Positions 8,484 to 18,996 are shown, counted from the first letter of the stretch. The stretch is 51,577 nt of DNA from Pseudobdellovibrionaceae bacterium (GCA_041288045.1 JBGGMM010000149.1:1-51577); one strand, 5' to 3'. The notes: generated by a model not told the origin, from the sequence alone. Numbers and translations are program-made.

Positions 8484-9725
8484 ATGAAACTTACTTTTGC
8501 ACCAGCCCCAAAACCCAACGAAATTCCTCAAGAAAAATGGGAGTCTTGGACATGGCAATTGCAAAACTCGCTTAAAAAGCAAAGCGATTTCGAGCAAAAA
8601 TTCACACTCTCTGAAACCGAACAAAAAGGGCTTCAAGAAGGCCAAGAGATTTTCAACGTCCGATCGACTCCTTATTATGCCTCTCTCGCCAGAGATCATG
8701 ACCAAGATCCCATTCGCCGCATTTTAATGCCTTCATCCGCCGAATTGGATTGGGGCCGCCAAGCTTTGCTGGATCCTTTGGGGGAAAGAAAGAACAACCC
8801 GGTTCCCAGAATCATTCATCGCTATTCAGACCGAGTTCTTTTTCTAGTGACCGACATCTGCAGTGTCTACTGCCGCTACTGCACTCGAAAGCATTTCACA
8901 GGACAAGATCAAGCTTTCATCAAAGTCGATGAGTACGAAAAGGCCCTCAATTACATTCGCAGTCACACCGGAATTCGCGAAGTCATTCTTTCCGGTGGCG
9001 ACCCCCTGACACTTTCGGATCAGCAGATCGATAAAGTGCTCACTGATCTTCGAACCATTGAGCATATCGAAATCATCCGCATCGGCACACGAATGCCAGT
9101 GGTTTGTCCGATGAGAGTCAGTGAAAATCTGGTCCGCATCCTGCGCAAAGCAAATCCTGTTTTTCTGATGACTCATTTCAATCATCCTCGCGAAGTCACT
9201 CAAGAAGCGCAAAAGGCGCTGGAATTTTTTGTCGATCATGGGATCCCAGTGATGAATCAAATGGTGCTCTTGAACGGAGTGAACAACCATCCAGCCATCG
9301 TGCAGGCTCTTTCAAGGCGGCTTTTGTATTTGCGAGTGAAACCCTATTACATGTTTCAATGCGATCCTTCAGAAGGCACAGATCATCTGCGCACTTCGAT
9401 TGAAGAATCCATGGAAATTCAGCGCGAGCTTTGGGGTCATCTTTCAGGCTTAGCAATGCCCAATCTGTCTTTGGATATTCCAGACGGTGGTGGCAAAGTC
9501 GCCTTGGTGCCGGATTTTGAAAAAGGCAGAAACTTTGATGCCAGGATCTATGAGGGCTGGGACGGAGTTCGCTCGGCTTACCGAAATCCCTTGCCTCAAT
9601 ACTCTTTCAAGCCCATTGATGCTGCCGAATATGAATCCGAATGGAATGAAATTAAAAATTCAAAATCATTAAACCCGCTCGAGCCGAGCGTATTTAGCGA
9701 CAAATTTCTTGATTGTCTGATCTGA
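8484..9725 (+). CDS. KamA family radical SAM protein (lysine 2,3-aminomutase-like)
   Basis: DPLGE, HRYSDRVL, CSVYCRYCTR, LSGGDPL, RIGTR, HFNHPRE, PYYMFQCD, PDGGGK (PLP lysine). Start set at ATG 8484. Confidence 0.9.
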   Translation: MKLTFAPAPKPNEIPQEKWESWTWQLQNSLKKQSDFEQKFTLSETEQKGLQEGQEIFNVRSTPYYASLARDHDQDPIRRILMPSSAELDWGRQALLDPLGERKNNPVPRIIHRYSDRVLFLVTDICSVYCRYCTRKHFTGQDQAFIKVDEYEKALNYIRSHTGIREVILSGGDPLTLSDQQIDKVLTDLRTIEHIEIIRIGTRMPVVCPMRVSENLVRILRKANPVFLMTHFNHPREVTQEAQKALEFFVDHGIPVMNQMVLLNGVNNHPAIVQALSRRLLYLRVKPYYMFQCDPSEGTDHLRTSIEESMEIQRELWGHLSGLAMPNLSLDIPDGGGKVALVPDFEKGRNFDARIYEGWDGVRSAYRNPLPQYSFKPIDAAEYESEWNEIKNSKSLNPLEPSVFSDKFLDCLI

Positions 9726-11942
9726 GAAAAGAACGCTGACTTTCTGCTGATCCCCAGAGCCTTCTGTTTGAAACACAGAGCCCACGCCAAAAGTGGGATG
9801 ACGAACCCGCATGCCCTTCTGAAGCTCTCCGCCTGCAGCTTGCACTTCTTCTTCGTAATCCGGAAATTCATGATGATCCTCATCATAGCCACCACTGCGC
9901 TTTTGCACAGGTTTGCCATAAAAAGCTCCCGTCGAAGAAGCAAATCGCGAAACGAATTTCGGAGTCGTCAAAGCAGTTGAAAATTGCGAGAGACTTTCAG
10001 GGATTTCTTTTAAAAACCGGGAAGGCGGATTGAACTGTTCCTGCCCCCAAACTTTTCTCGAACGAGCGTAAGTGAGAAAAAGTTTCTGTCGGGCCCTTGT
10101 CATTCCCACATAGGCCAGGCGGCGCTCTTCTTCGAGAGAATTTTCGTCATTGCTCTCATCCACTGACTTGGCGCTTGGAAATAAATTCTCTTCAAGTCCC
10201 ACGATAAAGACATAGGGATATTCAAGGCCCTTTGAAATGTGCAAAGTCATCAAAGTGACACTGTTTTGCTCTTCATCCAAAGAATCGACGTCAGAAACCA
10301 AAGCCATCTCTTCAAGAAAGCTCTGCAAAGTCGCCTCTTCGCGCTCTTTCATAAACTGAGTGAGGGCGTTGCTCAATTCTTCCAAGTTTTCAATTCGAGC
10401 TTTGGCTTCAACCGATTCTTCGGCTTTGAGCATTTGTACGTACTCAGTTTTCTCAAGTGCCACATGGTAAAAATCCAGAAGGTTGTGATTTCGCGAAAGC
10501 TCGCGCATGTCTTCCATCAATTTGAGAAAATTTCTGAATTTGGAAGTGACACCGGCGTTGAACACTCGCTCATCACAGGCTTGAGCTGCAGCTTCACTGA
10601 GGCTCAGTTTGCGAGCCATCGAGTATTCTTCTAGTTTTTCGATCGTGGTCTTTCCAATCCCGCGAGCAGGCACATTGATCACTCGCTTAAAGGCCATATC
10701 ATCCTGCGGGTTCAATGTGAGCTTCATATAGCTGAGAATGTCTTTGATCTCCATGCGTTCATAGAAGCGGACTCCGCCGACCAGTTTGTAGGGGATTGAG
10801 TTGGTTCGAAGCTGCTCTTCCAAGACTCGGGATTGGGCATTGGTTCGATAAAAAATGGCGAAATCATTGTAGCTGCCATCGCCCTCGCTCATCATGGTTT
10901 GGATTTGCTTGGCCACCCACCGAGCTTCGTCGTATTCGCTGCGCTCTTCGCGCACAGTGATCAAATCACCCTCAGGATTGCTGGTGAAAAGAGTTTTATC
11001 TTTTCTTTCGGTGTTGTTCTTAATCACAGCCGTCGCAGCAGTGACAATATTGCTCGTGGATCTGTAATTTTCTTCAAGCTTGATGACTTTGGCTTCGGGA
11101 AAATCTTTTTCAAAATCCAGAATGTTTGAAATGTCAGCCCCTCGCCAGCTGTAAATCGACTGATCTTCATCGCCAACAACGCACAGATTGCGGTGGCGTT
11201 TGGCCAGCATCTGCACCAGCAAGTATTGAATGTGGTTGGTGTCCTGATATTCATCCACCATGATGAATTTGAATTTTTCCTGATACTGCTCAAGCACTTC
11301 GGGATACATGCGAAAGAGCTCATAGACCTTCATCAGAAGATCGCCGAAATCCAGGCAGTTGGCTTTTTTCATTTCTGATTCATAGAGCCGATAGACCTCA
11401 ACGGATTTATCGTCGAGAAAAAGCATATTGGATTTTGTGACGTCATCGGGACCAAGCGCCAGCATTTTGGCCGAATTGATTCGGTTTCTGAAAGTCTTTG
11501 CTGGATGAACCTTTTCATTGATGTTCAAAGCCTGCATGACTTTTTTGATCTGCGAAAGCTGATCGGAATCGTCATAAATCCCAAAATACTTTTTATAATC
11601 CAACAAAGTGATGTGCTCTCGAAGCACGCGGTTGCAAAAGCTATGAAAAGTCGAAACCCACAGAGGCTCACGCACACTGATGCCGATATCTGAAAGCAAT
11701 TTGAAAATTCGCGATTCCATTTCACGAGCGGCTTTGTTGGTGAAGGTCACTGCCAGAACCCCATCTGGAGGAGCTTTTCCCTGGCCGATCATATTGGCCA
11801 TCCGATGGGTGAGAACCCGAGTTTTGCCAGAACCGGCTCCAGCCAAAATCAAAAGCGGGCCTTCGAGAGTTTCGACAGCAGCTTTTTGCGGTCCATTGAG
11901 ATGCTTTGTAATAATTTCGGGGCCTTGGGGGGTCTCTAACAT
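9669..11942 (-). CDS. uvrD: ATP-dependent DNA helicase UvrD/PcrA
   Basis: AGAGSGKT, TFTNKAA, VDEYQDTN, VGDEDQSIYSWRGA, NYRST, YRTNAQSR, KGLEY, EERRLAYVGMTRA, C-terminal Tudor-like VRHPTFGVG. Start set at ATG 11942. Confidence 0.95.
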   Translation of the reverse strand: MLETPQGPEIITKHLNGPQKAAVETLEGPLLILAGAGSGKTRVLTHRMANMIGQGKAPPDGVLAVTFTNKAAREMESRIFKLLSDIGISVREPLWVSTFHSFCNRVLREHITLLDYKKYFGIYDDSDQLSQIKKVMQALNINEKVHPAKTFRNRINSAKMLALGPDDVTKSNMLFLDDKSVEVYRLYESEMKKANCLDFGDLLMKVYELFRMYPEVLEQYQEKFKFIMVDEYQDTNHIQYLLVQMLAKRHRNLCVVGDEDQSIYSWRGADISNILDFEKDFPEAKVIKLEENYRSTSNIVTAATAVIKNNTERKDKTLFTSNPEGDLITVREERSEYDEARWVAKQIQTMMSEGDGSYNDFAIFYRTNAQSRVLEEQLRTNSIPYKLVGGVRFYERMEIKDILSYMKLTLNPQDDMAFKRVINVPARGIGKTTIEKLEEYSMARKLSLSEAAAQACDERVFNAGVTSKFRNFLKLMEDMRELSRNHNLLDFYHVALEKTEYVQMLKAEESVEAKARIENLEELSNALTQFMKEREEATLQSFLEEMALVSDVDSLDEEQNSVTLMTLHISKGLEYPYVFIVGLEENLFPSAKSVDESNDENSLEEERRLAYVGMTRARQKLFLTYARSRKVWGQEQFNPPSRFLKEIPESLSQFSTALTTPKFVSRFASSTGAFYGKPVQKRSGGYDEDHHEFPDYEEEVQAAGGELQKGMRVRHPTFGVGSVFQTEGSGDQQKVSVLFSDQTIKKFVAKYARLERV

Positions 11943-12044
11943 CGCTGAAATATAAAGGCTGTAACCCGTACCTGTCAAAACCCAAGACATTGAGAAAAAG
12001 CAGAGTATCGGCTACAACTTAAGGCATTGCGTTAGGAGCAGGGG

Positions 12045-13268
12045 ATGGGAATATCAAAGACTTTCTGTTTGGGTTTGGTCCTGCTGTCCTTGGGGGCTTG
12101 CTCTTGGCAGAAAAAAGAAGAGGATCTTGGATCCAATTCGGTCAAAGTTCAAATCCCAGTTTCTGAAAACGGGGAGTACCGACTGGAAGTGGTTGAGCTC
12201 TTCACTTTGGAAAACCTCACGCATTTGCAGGGGTCCGCGGCTCAATTTCTCATCGATCCTGATTCCGTCAGTGGTTCTCTCAAAGGCCGCCATCCTGAAA
12301 TCCGTTACATCCGTGATAACCAGGGTGTCATCGTCGCAAAGGATTCCATCAGTCTTCAGCTTTTAACGACTTATGCTCATTTGGAAATGCTGCAAAAATT
12401 AGATCGCGAGGCTGGAGCCGAAAAAGTTCTGTCCTATCCTCGCAAAGTGGCCATCAATGTGGCTTTTCAAAATCAATCTGAAAGCTCGAAAGACAATGCC
12501 TTTTACTCTGGCAAGTACGATGCCTTGTTGATGGTGCCATTCACTCAACCCACATTGCCCTTAATGGTGAATGCTGGAGTGATTGCACATGAGCACTTTC
12601 ATGCACTTTTTCAGAAATTGGTGATTGAGGGGCTGAAAGAAAAATACCCCGAGAATCCCCAATTCAGCTTGCACGAAGAAGGTCTGAGAATCGATGCCAA
12701 AGACAACAAGAAAAGAACCAAATACCATGCGGTCTTCATGCGAGGTCTTAACGAGGGATTGGCTGATGTCTGGGGCTGGATCTATTCAGGAGACAACTTT
12801 TTTGTCGGAAGATCCCTGCCGTCAGAGAAGGCCGATCGAGAACTGAGTGTCTTGCCAGAACAATTGAAATCCTCAGCGGAAATCAGAGAAGCCGTCGCTT
12901 CAGGTGAATCTGATAGGAGCCTTTTGTGGCGCTCCTATGAACAAGGCACTCAGCTGGCTCGCACCCTTCGAAGCTTTGCCAATCAATACGCGGTTCGTGA
13001 AAAAAGAGATATCAATCAACTCCGGCTGCCGCTCGCTCAATGGATCATTGCCACTTTGCCAGCAATCAAAAAAGACTTTGAAACTCTCAAAGAAGATGAA
13101 TACTTGTCGATGAGCCGAGTGGTCGGTCTATTTGCCAATCAAGTGCCAACTTTGAGTTCAAAGGATTGCACTTTTTTTTCTGATTTAATGCCTTTGGGAG
13201 ATCAGCCTGAGGCCTTTGTGAAAAGGTGTGCGGATCTGGCTCTGCAACAAAAGGATCCTCAGCCATGA
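12045..13268 (+). CDS. Lipoprotein, thermolysin-like (M4/M36-type gluzincin) zinc metalloprotease
   Basis: Lipobox LGAC; DNAFY, VIAHEHFH (HExxH) and GLNEGLAD (third ligand, ExxxD). Confidence 0.75.
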   Translation: MGISKTFCLGLVLLSLGACSWQKKEEDLGSNSVKVQIPVSENGEYRLEVVELFTLENLTHLQGSAAQFLIDPDSVSGSLKGRHPEIRYIRDNQGVIVAKDSISLQLLTTYAHLEMLQKLDREAGAEKVLSYPRKVAINVAFQNQSESSKDNAFYSGKYDALLMVPFTQPTLPLMVNAGVIAHEHFHALFQKLVIEGLKEKYPENPQFSLHEEGLRIDAKDNKKRTKYHAVFMRGLNEGLADVWGWIYSGDNFFVGRSLPSEKADRELSVLPEQLKSSAEIREAVASGESDRSLLWRSYEQGTQLARTLRSFANQYAVREKRDINQLRLPLAQWIIATLPAIKKDFETLKEDEYLSMSRVVGLFANQVPTLSSKDCTFFSDLMPLGDQPEAFVKRCADLALQQKDPQP

Positions 13269-13798
13269 GGGTTTTTCTTTTTCTGATGATTTTTTTGACT
13301 GGTTTTTCTCTTTGGGCTCAAAGTCCGCACCTGATGTTGGCAGCTGGGCCTGAATGGAGGCCCGAAAAAGATCTCGAAAATAAAACTTCGATTCACACTC
13401 TTTCTAATTACGCTTTGGGTGCAGGCTTTCGTGATTATCTTTTTATTTTAGAAAAATCCAGTTTTGAAGAGTCCTCTGGCAATGCCGCTTTGAATGTGGA
13501 AAGAAGACTTGAAAGCATCATGCTCTGGGGTGAATGGAGAGCTCCAGCTTGGAAAGCTTTCGTCCCTTACTTGGGTGGCGGGCTTGGAGCTTATCAAGAA
13601 ATTGTAAAGACAAACCTTCCGCCAGCTCCCAGCACAACCCGAGAAACTTCTCATAAAATGCTGACTGGCTTGAATTTCGGCCTGCAGCTGGAAATCCCAA
13701 TTCTCTGGCTATCTTTGGAAGGCCGATTGCTTTTTGGCGATGAGTTGGATCCCCAGCCGACCTTGGGGGCCTTGGCCCGAGTGGGTCTTTGGTTCTAA
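13265..13798 (+). CDS. Small outer-membrane beta-barrel protein
   Basis: Signal peptide, FVPYLGGGLG strand, C-terminal RVGLWF; ATGA overlap with the upstream gene. Confidence 0.75.
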   Translation: MRVFLFLMIFLTGFSLWAQSPHLMLAAGPEWRPEKDLENKTSIHTLSNYALGAGFRDYLFILEKSSFEESSGNAALNVERRLESIMLWGEWRAPAWKAFVPYLGGGLGAYQEIVKTNLPPAPSTTRETSHKMLTGLNFGLQLEIPILWLSLEGRLLFGDELDPQPTLGALARVGLWF

Positions 13799-13948
13799 AG
13801 TTGAAAAATCATTCGTGGTTTTCCTGCCACACTCGAGTCTTCTCAATGGCTTAAGACTCTGCGACATAGGTTCCAAATCGCTTTTCGAATGGTAGAGTGG
13901 ATCTGTGTTGAGAGAGTCTCTCCGTCGCGAGAGATAGGAAAGGGTGTT

Positions 13949-14521
13949 ATGAAAAAAATCATGATTTTGTCAGTCCTCGGACTGATGGTCGTTGCTTGCG
14001 CAAATCCGCACAAAGCAGAAAAAATTGAAACTGAAATCCAAAAGAAAGAGGAAATCAGCGGGGACACTTCGCTGGGAATCAAAGATGGCAACATGGTGGT
14101 GCAGCGAAAAGTGATGATGAACGAAGAGCTGCGCAAACTGCAAAACGATGTCTACGGCCTTGAAGATCGAGTGTACGGCAATCGAAATTACGGAAGCTTG
14201 GGGCTTTACGGAGTTTTGAAAAACTGCCGTTCTGAGCTCGCTGATAAACGCAATGGTGGCGATGGCAAATTGACCTGGACAGAGCCAATTGATCGGGTCA
14301 CCTCGAAAGAAGAAGAATTCAAAATCGGTGTGGATGAAAATGAAAAGCTGGTGGGTGTGAAAGAAGAATATTTGAAAGACCGAATTGAACGCTTTCGTGG
14401 TTACCGCTCCGTGCTTGAAAAACGCCAGGACGAATACGAAGACAAGCTGGCAGTTTGCCAGACAGAATTGAAATCAAAAAAATTCGAAGCAGCTGCTGTC
14501 AAAAAAACGTCTGACGAGTGA
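13949..14521 (+). CDS. Hypothetical lipoprotein (coiled-coil rich)
   Basis: MKKIMILSVLGLMVVAC lipobox after GGAAAGGG; charged helical body. Confidence 0.75.
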   Translation: MKKIMILSVLGLMVVACANPHKAEKIETEIQKKEEISGDTSLGIKDGNMVVQRKVMMNEELRKLQNDVYGLEDRVYGNRNYGSLGLYGVLKNCRSELADKRNGGDGKLTWTEPIDRVTSKEEEFKIGVDENEKLVGVKEEYLKDRIERFRGYRSVLEKRQDEYEDKLAVCQTELKSKKFEAAAVKKTSDE

Positions 14522-15216
14522 TGTTCAGAGTTATCCTGGTCCTGATTTTCGGGCTGCTATCCTTGGGGGCCTTCGGCAAAACAAAGCTGAAATGCCCTCC
14601 TTCCTCCGATAGTGGGGAAAGAAAAATGGTGGCCCATTTCTTTAAACTCAATCGCAAAGAAAAAATCGTCATCTGCGCTCCTCCATCTGATTTTGAAAAT
14701 GGAAAATTAAAAGACAAATTTCTGACGACCTATGATGTGCATGTCTTCAAGAAGGACAAATGGCTCATGCAGGTCTTCAGTAGCCTCGGCAGTACACCTG
14801 TTCGTTTTGAGCAAAAAGGTGGTCAGATTTATGAGGTCACTCACCTGAATCTGCGCGGCACTTATCACCCACTTTTTAAAATCAGCATTGTTTGTGAAAA
14901 GGGAGAGTGCAAACGGAAAGAGAAAACCTGCATTTTCAATCCCAGTGAAATGAGTCCCTTAAGTGCTCAAGAAGTCGAAAAAGAAAAAGCTATTTTCACC
15001 AAGGGCGTTGATCAATTGCAAGAAGTGACAGAAGGAGAGCTGGCTCAAATGTCGATTTATGCACTGACTGGAAGAAAGCAGGCGTTTGATTTTTTCACCA
15101 AAATGGAAGCTCGGCCGCTTTTACCTGTTGCTGGTGTTGGATTTTATCAGAATATGCAAAGCCTTCTCAATCAGATGAATCAAGAAGGCTGTCTGGATAT
15201 CAATCGGCAGAAGTGA
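14518..15216 (+). CDS. Exported hypothetical protein
   Basis: Signal peptide, six Cys, coupled to the upstream gene (GTGA overlap). Confidence 0.65.
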   Translation: MMFRVILVLIFGLLSLGAFGKTKLKCPPSSDSGERKMVAHFFKLNRKEKIVICAPPSDFENGKLKDKFLTTYDVHVFKKDKWLMQVFSSLGSTPVRFEQKGGQIYEVTHLNLRGTYHPLFKISIVCEKGECKRKEKTCIFNPSEMSPLSAQEVEKEKAIFTKGVDQLQEVTEGELAQMSIYALTGRKQAFDFFTKMEARPLLPVAGVGFYQNMQSLLNQMNQEGCLDINRQK

Positions 15217-16018
15217 TTTTTTGAACAATCGCTGAGCTGACTTTCGCTCGAGAGATCAAATCTTTTTTGTAAGCATCCGCTTCTTTTGAAGTTGTGAAAA
15301 GTCCGACACTCACTCGGTACCAGGTCTGTCCTTTGACTTTCGCTGAGACATAGAAAGCGCTGAAGCCCTTGGCTTTCAAATCAGCTGCCATGCTCTGAGC
15401 TTCTTTTTCTGTCGAATAGGATGCCACTTGCACAGTGAATTTGCCGATCGCACTGGAAGCCACTTCTTCAGGAAGTGCATTCGGAATTCTGGATGTGATT
15501 TTGGGCGGATTTTCAACCACTGCTGGTTGCCCTTGAGCCATTCGCGCAGCTGGCTTGAGAACTCCAGGCTGAGCGGCAGCAGGGGCCGCTGGGTGAGCAG
15601 CAGTCACTGAAGCTGGAGCATGTTCGCCGGTAGCAGGAGAAGGGGAATGAGTGTTCTGTGCCGTTTCATGGCCGCTGACATTTCGATCATTCATCTTTCC
15701 AGGTTCAGCTGTTGGCTTTTCGTCATCAGTGACGAACTCTTCCGCCAGCTTGGCGATTTCATCGTCGGACAGAGCTTTCTCAGGTTTGACATTGCCAGCT
15801 TCCGGAGAGACAGAAGCAATGCCGCGATCTTCACCATGTCCGTCTTCAGATTTGGAATCGGCATCATGCCCGGGTTCCAACTGAGCCAATTTGTGTTGAT
15901 TGTCGCTGAACTTTTTCCCAACAAAAGTGCCGATTGAAAAAGAAAGCAGCGCAATGAAAAAAACCAGAACCAACTTAACGACCACATCCGTCTTGGATCC
16001 GTATCGTTCCATAGCCAT
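15200..16018 (-). CDS. SPOR-domain protein (FtsN/DedD-like architecture)
   Basis: N-terminal TM helix, low-complexity linker, C-terminal FTVQVASY...WYRVSVGLF SPOR domain. Start ATG 16018 after AGGGG. Confidence 0.85.
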   Translation of the reverse strand: MAMERYGSKTDVVVKLVLVFFIALLSFSIGTFVGKKFSDNQHKLAQLEPGHDADSKSEDGHGEDRGIASVSPEAGNVKPEKALSDDEIAKLAEEFVTDDEKPTAEPGKMNDRNVSGHETAQNTHSPSPATGEHAPASVTAAHPAAPAAAQPGVLKPAARMAQGQPAVVENPPKITSRIPNALPEEVASSAIGKFTVQVASYSTEKEAQSMAADLKAKGFSAFYVSAKVKGQTWYRVSVGLFTTSKEADAYKKDLISRAKVSSAIVQKITSAD

Positions 16019-16065
16019 AAAATCCCCCTTGCTTTCATGGTAGCTTCGGCCAACAATTCCGGTCA

Positions 16066-16905
16066 ATGTGTCATAATTCTGACGTCGAGAACAGAGATTG
16101 GGAAGCGGTGCTGTATAAGGCCATCAAAGCCGCGCGGCTCGGGCGTGAGGTGCTTCTCCATTACTTTGGTCGGTTGGAAAAAATCGAAGAAAAGTTCCAA
16201 GCTGGCTTAGTGAGCGAAGCAGATAAAGAATCTGAGAAGGCAATCTTTGATTATTTGCGAAAGAATTTTCCTGAGGATGAATTTGTTGGAGAAGAGTCCA
16301 CCCTCGACCCGACAAAGATCCCGCCAAGCCAGGCCAAAGGCCGTTGGATCGTTGATCCCCTCGATGGAACAACCAATTACATTCATCGTTTTCCTGTTTT
16401 TTGCGTCAGCATCGGCTATGAGTACCAAGGTCGGATCCAGGTCGGGGTCATCGATGTGCCACTACTGGGTGAAGTTTACACTGCGATTCGAGGCCACGGA
16501 GCCTTTGTGAATGGCCAACGTTTGCAGGTCAGCTCCACAAAGACCATTCATGATTCTCTCTTGGCCACAGGATTTTTTGGTGAGAATGAAGCTCAATTGC
16601 AAGAGCAGTTGCGAGTTTTTTCGGACGTGGTCCGCAAATGTCGCGGAGTTCGCCGAGCTGGAGCTGCTGCCTATGACTTGGCTCAAGTGGCTCGAGGAGT
16701 TTTCGATGGCTTTTGGGAAAAGGGACTCAAGCCCTGGGATTCAGCTGCCGGATTGCTGCTGGTCGAAGAAGCCGGTGGACAGGTCTGCACTTACCGAGGG
16801 CAGGAATATTCTCCCTACAAAAATTCAATCATAGCAACCAATGCAACATTGGCCCCTTTGCTGGTGAGAGATTTCACCAGCCATCTTGATCACGGCACGG
16901 ATTGA
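16066..16905 (+). CDS. suhB: Inositol monophosphatase family protein
   Basis: GEE, WIVDPLDGTTNY, RRAGAAAYDL, KPWDSAAG. Confidence 0.9.
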   Translation: MCHNSDVENRDWEAVLYKAIKAARLGREVLLHYFGRLEKIEEKFQAGLVSEADKESEKAIFDYLRKNFPEDEFVGEESTLDPTKIPPSQAKGRWIVDPLDGTTNYIHRFPVFCVSIGYEYQGRIQVGVIDVPLLGEVYTAIRGHGAFVNGQRLQVSSTKTIHDSLLATGFFGENEAQLQEQLRVFSDVVRKCRGVRRAGAAAYDLAQVARGVFDGFWEKGLKPWDSAAGLLLVEEAGGQVCTYRGQEYSPYKNSIIATNATLAPLLVRDFTSHLDHGTD

Positions 16906-16912
16906 TCAAAAC

Positions 16913-17269
16913 CTAAGGTTTTTCCTGACAAACCCCATCAGCTTGAATTGTTCGGAAGCTGTCTTGCGAATTGCAAGAAGTGGTACTTCGCAAATTACGT
17001 AGATTCATGGTCGTGAGACAGACATCGCCATTTTTCAATTGAAAGCCATAGCCAAAATCCGTTTCAAGGTCTTCGACCTTGGTGACTTTGTTTTTCAGGT
17101 CCAATTTTGTCAGAATCTGGTCAAAACAAGCTTTCTTCAAGGACTGTCCTGTTTGATCAAGGCGTTCCAGTCGTCGTTCACTCAATTGAGTGAATTGCTG
17201 CTCAAGAGTTGAAGTGGCCAGGGCTGTGGTGGCAAAGAGGCTGGCCAGCAGAAGAGAGACTTTTTTCAT
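16913..17269 (-). CDS. Small exported hypothetical protein
   Basis: MKKVSLLLASLFATTALA signal peptide, AGGAG RBS, four Cys. Confidence 0.75.
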   Translation of the reverse strand: MKKVSLLLASLFATTALATSTLEQQFTQLSERRLERLDQTGQSLKKACFDQILTKLDLKNKVTKVEDLETDFGYGFQLKNGDVCLTTMNLRNLRSTTSCNSQDSFRTIQADGVCQEKP

Positions 17270-17464
17270 GGTAAATTCTCCTTTTTGAAAAGCAGGGTAT
17301 CTTTTCTAGAAAGTGAGGGAATTTCAACAAAGATCGGTCTTCCTCAGAGCGTTAAAAGCTAAGTTCTAGAAAAGGAAGGTAAATATAAGAACTCGTTTGT
17401 TAACTGCGGAAGGTCCTTGATTCTCCGTGGTTTCATCGGATACCCCTTAGGGGCAGGGGGACTC

Positions 17465-18835
17465 ATGACAGCCGGTTTAAAGCGTTCCATTTTTATTCTT
17501 TTGACTCTTTGTTTTCTCGCCTCTTGCCAGTTTGATTACAACGGAATTTGGGGCCCTCAACCGGGCGACAGCGGTTCCGACCGCAACTCCGAAAGTCAGC
17601 ATGATAACCGAGATGACGAACCACAAAAGAAACCTCTGGTTGTCACTGAAAATCCACAGACCGAAAACGCCGATTTCCAACAAAAAAAACCAACAGTGGT
17701 GATGATTTCCATCGACGGCTTTCGAGCTGATTATCTGGATCGATATCAGCCTCCGACTCTTCTCGCTTGGGCTCGTGAAGGAGTCCGTGCCGATGGTTTG
17801 GTTCCCAGTTTTCCTAGCCTGACTTTTCCTAACCACGTGACTTTGGTGACTGGGAGAAGACCAGGAAACCATGGGATCGTTGGCAATTTTTTCTATGATG
17901 AAAAATTAAAAGAACACTATGCAATGACCACTGGTGATGGTGAAGATCAAGGTTATTGGTATCGGGGCGAACCGCTGTGGACTGTGGCCGAAAAAAACCA
18001 AATGTTGGCCGCCACTTTTTTCTGGGTTGGATCGCAATCTCGAATAGGTGGAATTGATCCGACTTACATGGCTCATTACAACGGGGACGTTGAAAATAAG
18101 ACCCGAGTTGAAACTGTCATCAAATGGCTGAAGCTGCCTGAAGTCAGAAGACCACATTTCATCAGTTTGTATTTTTCAGATGTGGATTCGATGGGACATA
18201 AATATGGTCCAGATGCCGAAGAAACAAAGAATGCCGTCTTGAGCATTGATCGTGAACTGGCGGTCTTGAAAAAAGCCATAGAAGAAATGAAACGGCCAGT
18301 GCAAGTCATCTTGGTTTCGGATCACGGAATGAAGAACGTCGAAAAGACAGTGGATCTCAGCAGCATCGAAATTTTGAAGCAGTTTGAAAATAGCGGCAAA
18401 GGTGCCGTGACTTATTTCTATTCAGACGACTCGGCGGCGATCGAAACGGCCTATCAGGAAATTAAAAATTTGCCGGGTGAATTTGCTGTTTATAAAGGCG
18501 ATAACTTGCCTGCTCGCTGGCAGATGAATGATAGCGATCGACGGGGAGACATTGTTGTTGTCGGCAATCCGGGAGTTTACATTGGCTTCGAACTTTTTCA
18601 GTCGATGGCAGTGGGAACCTCGAACAAAGCCACCCACGGCTGGGATCCTGTCGGAGTTCCAGAGTTGAATGGTCTTTTCATTGCTTCAGGTTCGATGTTT
18701 AAAAGGGGTCAGCGCATTCGGGCTTTTGACAATGTTCACGTTTATCCCTTGGTTTTGAATATTCTTGGTCTGCAATCGGCCGAATACTATGACGGCGACC
18801 TGCGAGTCTTAAAACCAATCTTGAAAAAGCGTTGA
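17465..18835 (+). CDS. Nucleotide pyrophosphatase/phosphodiesterase (ENPP, alkaline phosphatase superfamily), lipoprotein
   Basis: Lipobox LASC; ISIDGFR, FPSLTFPNH (catalytic Thr), DVDSMGH, SDHG, HGWD. Confidence 0.9.
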   Translation: MTAGLKRSIFILLTLCFLASCQFDYNGIWGPQPGDSGSDRNSESQHDNRDDEPQKKPLVVTENPQTENADFQQKKPTVVMISIDGFRADYLDRYQPPTLLAWAREGVRADGLVPSFPSLTFPNHVTLVTGRRPGNHGIVGNFFYDEKLKEHYAMTTGDGEDQGYWYRGEPLWTVAEKNQMLAATFFWVGSQSRIGGIDPTYMAHYNGDVENKTRVETVIKWLKLPEVRRPHFISLYFSDVDSMGHKYGPDAEETKNAVLSIDRELAVLKKAIEEMKRPVQVILVSDHGMKNVEKTVDLSSIEILKQFENSGKGAVTYFYSDDSAAIETAYQEIKNLPGEFAVYKGDNLPARWQMNDSDRRGDIVVVGNPGVYIGFELFQSMAVGTSNKATHGWDPVGVPELNGLFIASGSMFKRGQRIRAFDNVHVYPLVLNILGLQSAEYYDGDLRVLKPILKKR

Positions 18836-18863
18836 GAGCTCGTCTTTTGACCGGGCTTTTTTT
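18836..18863 (+). terminator. Probable intrinsic terminator
   Basis: GAGCTCGTC-TTTT-GACCGGGCT hairpin followed by a T run, directly after the stop codon. Confidence 0.55.
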
Positions 18864-18996
18864 GCCGTCAAAATGCTGACTTGAATCCCTGGGTCCAGAG
18901 TCAAATTTTTCCGCCCCGGGGTTTGGGAGCTAGGAAAATTCTGCTCCCTAATCTTCCTGAATAGTTTCCATCTTCCCTCACCATCCTTGGTCTCGT

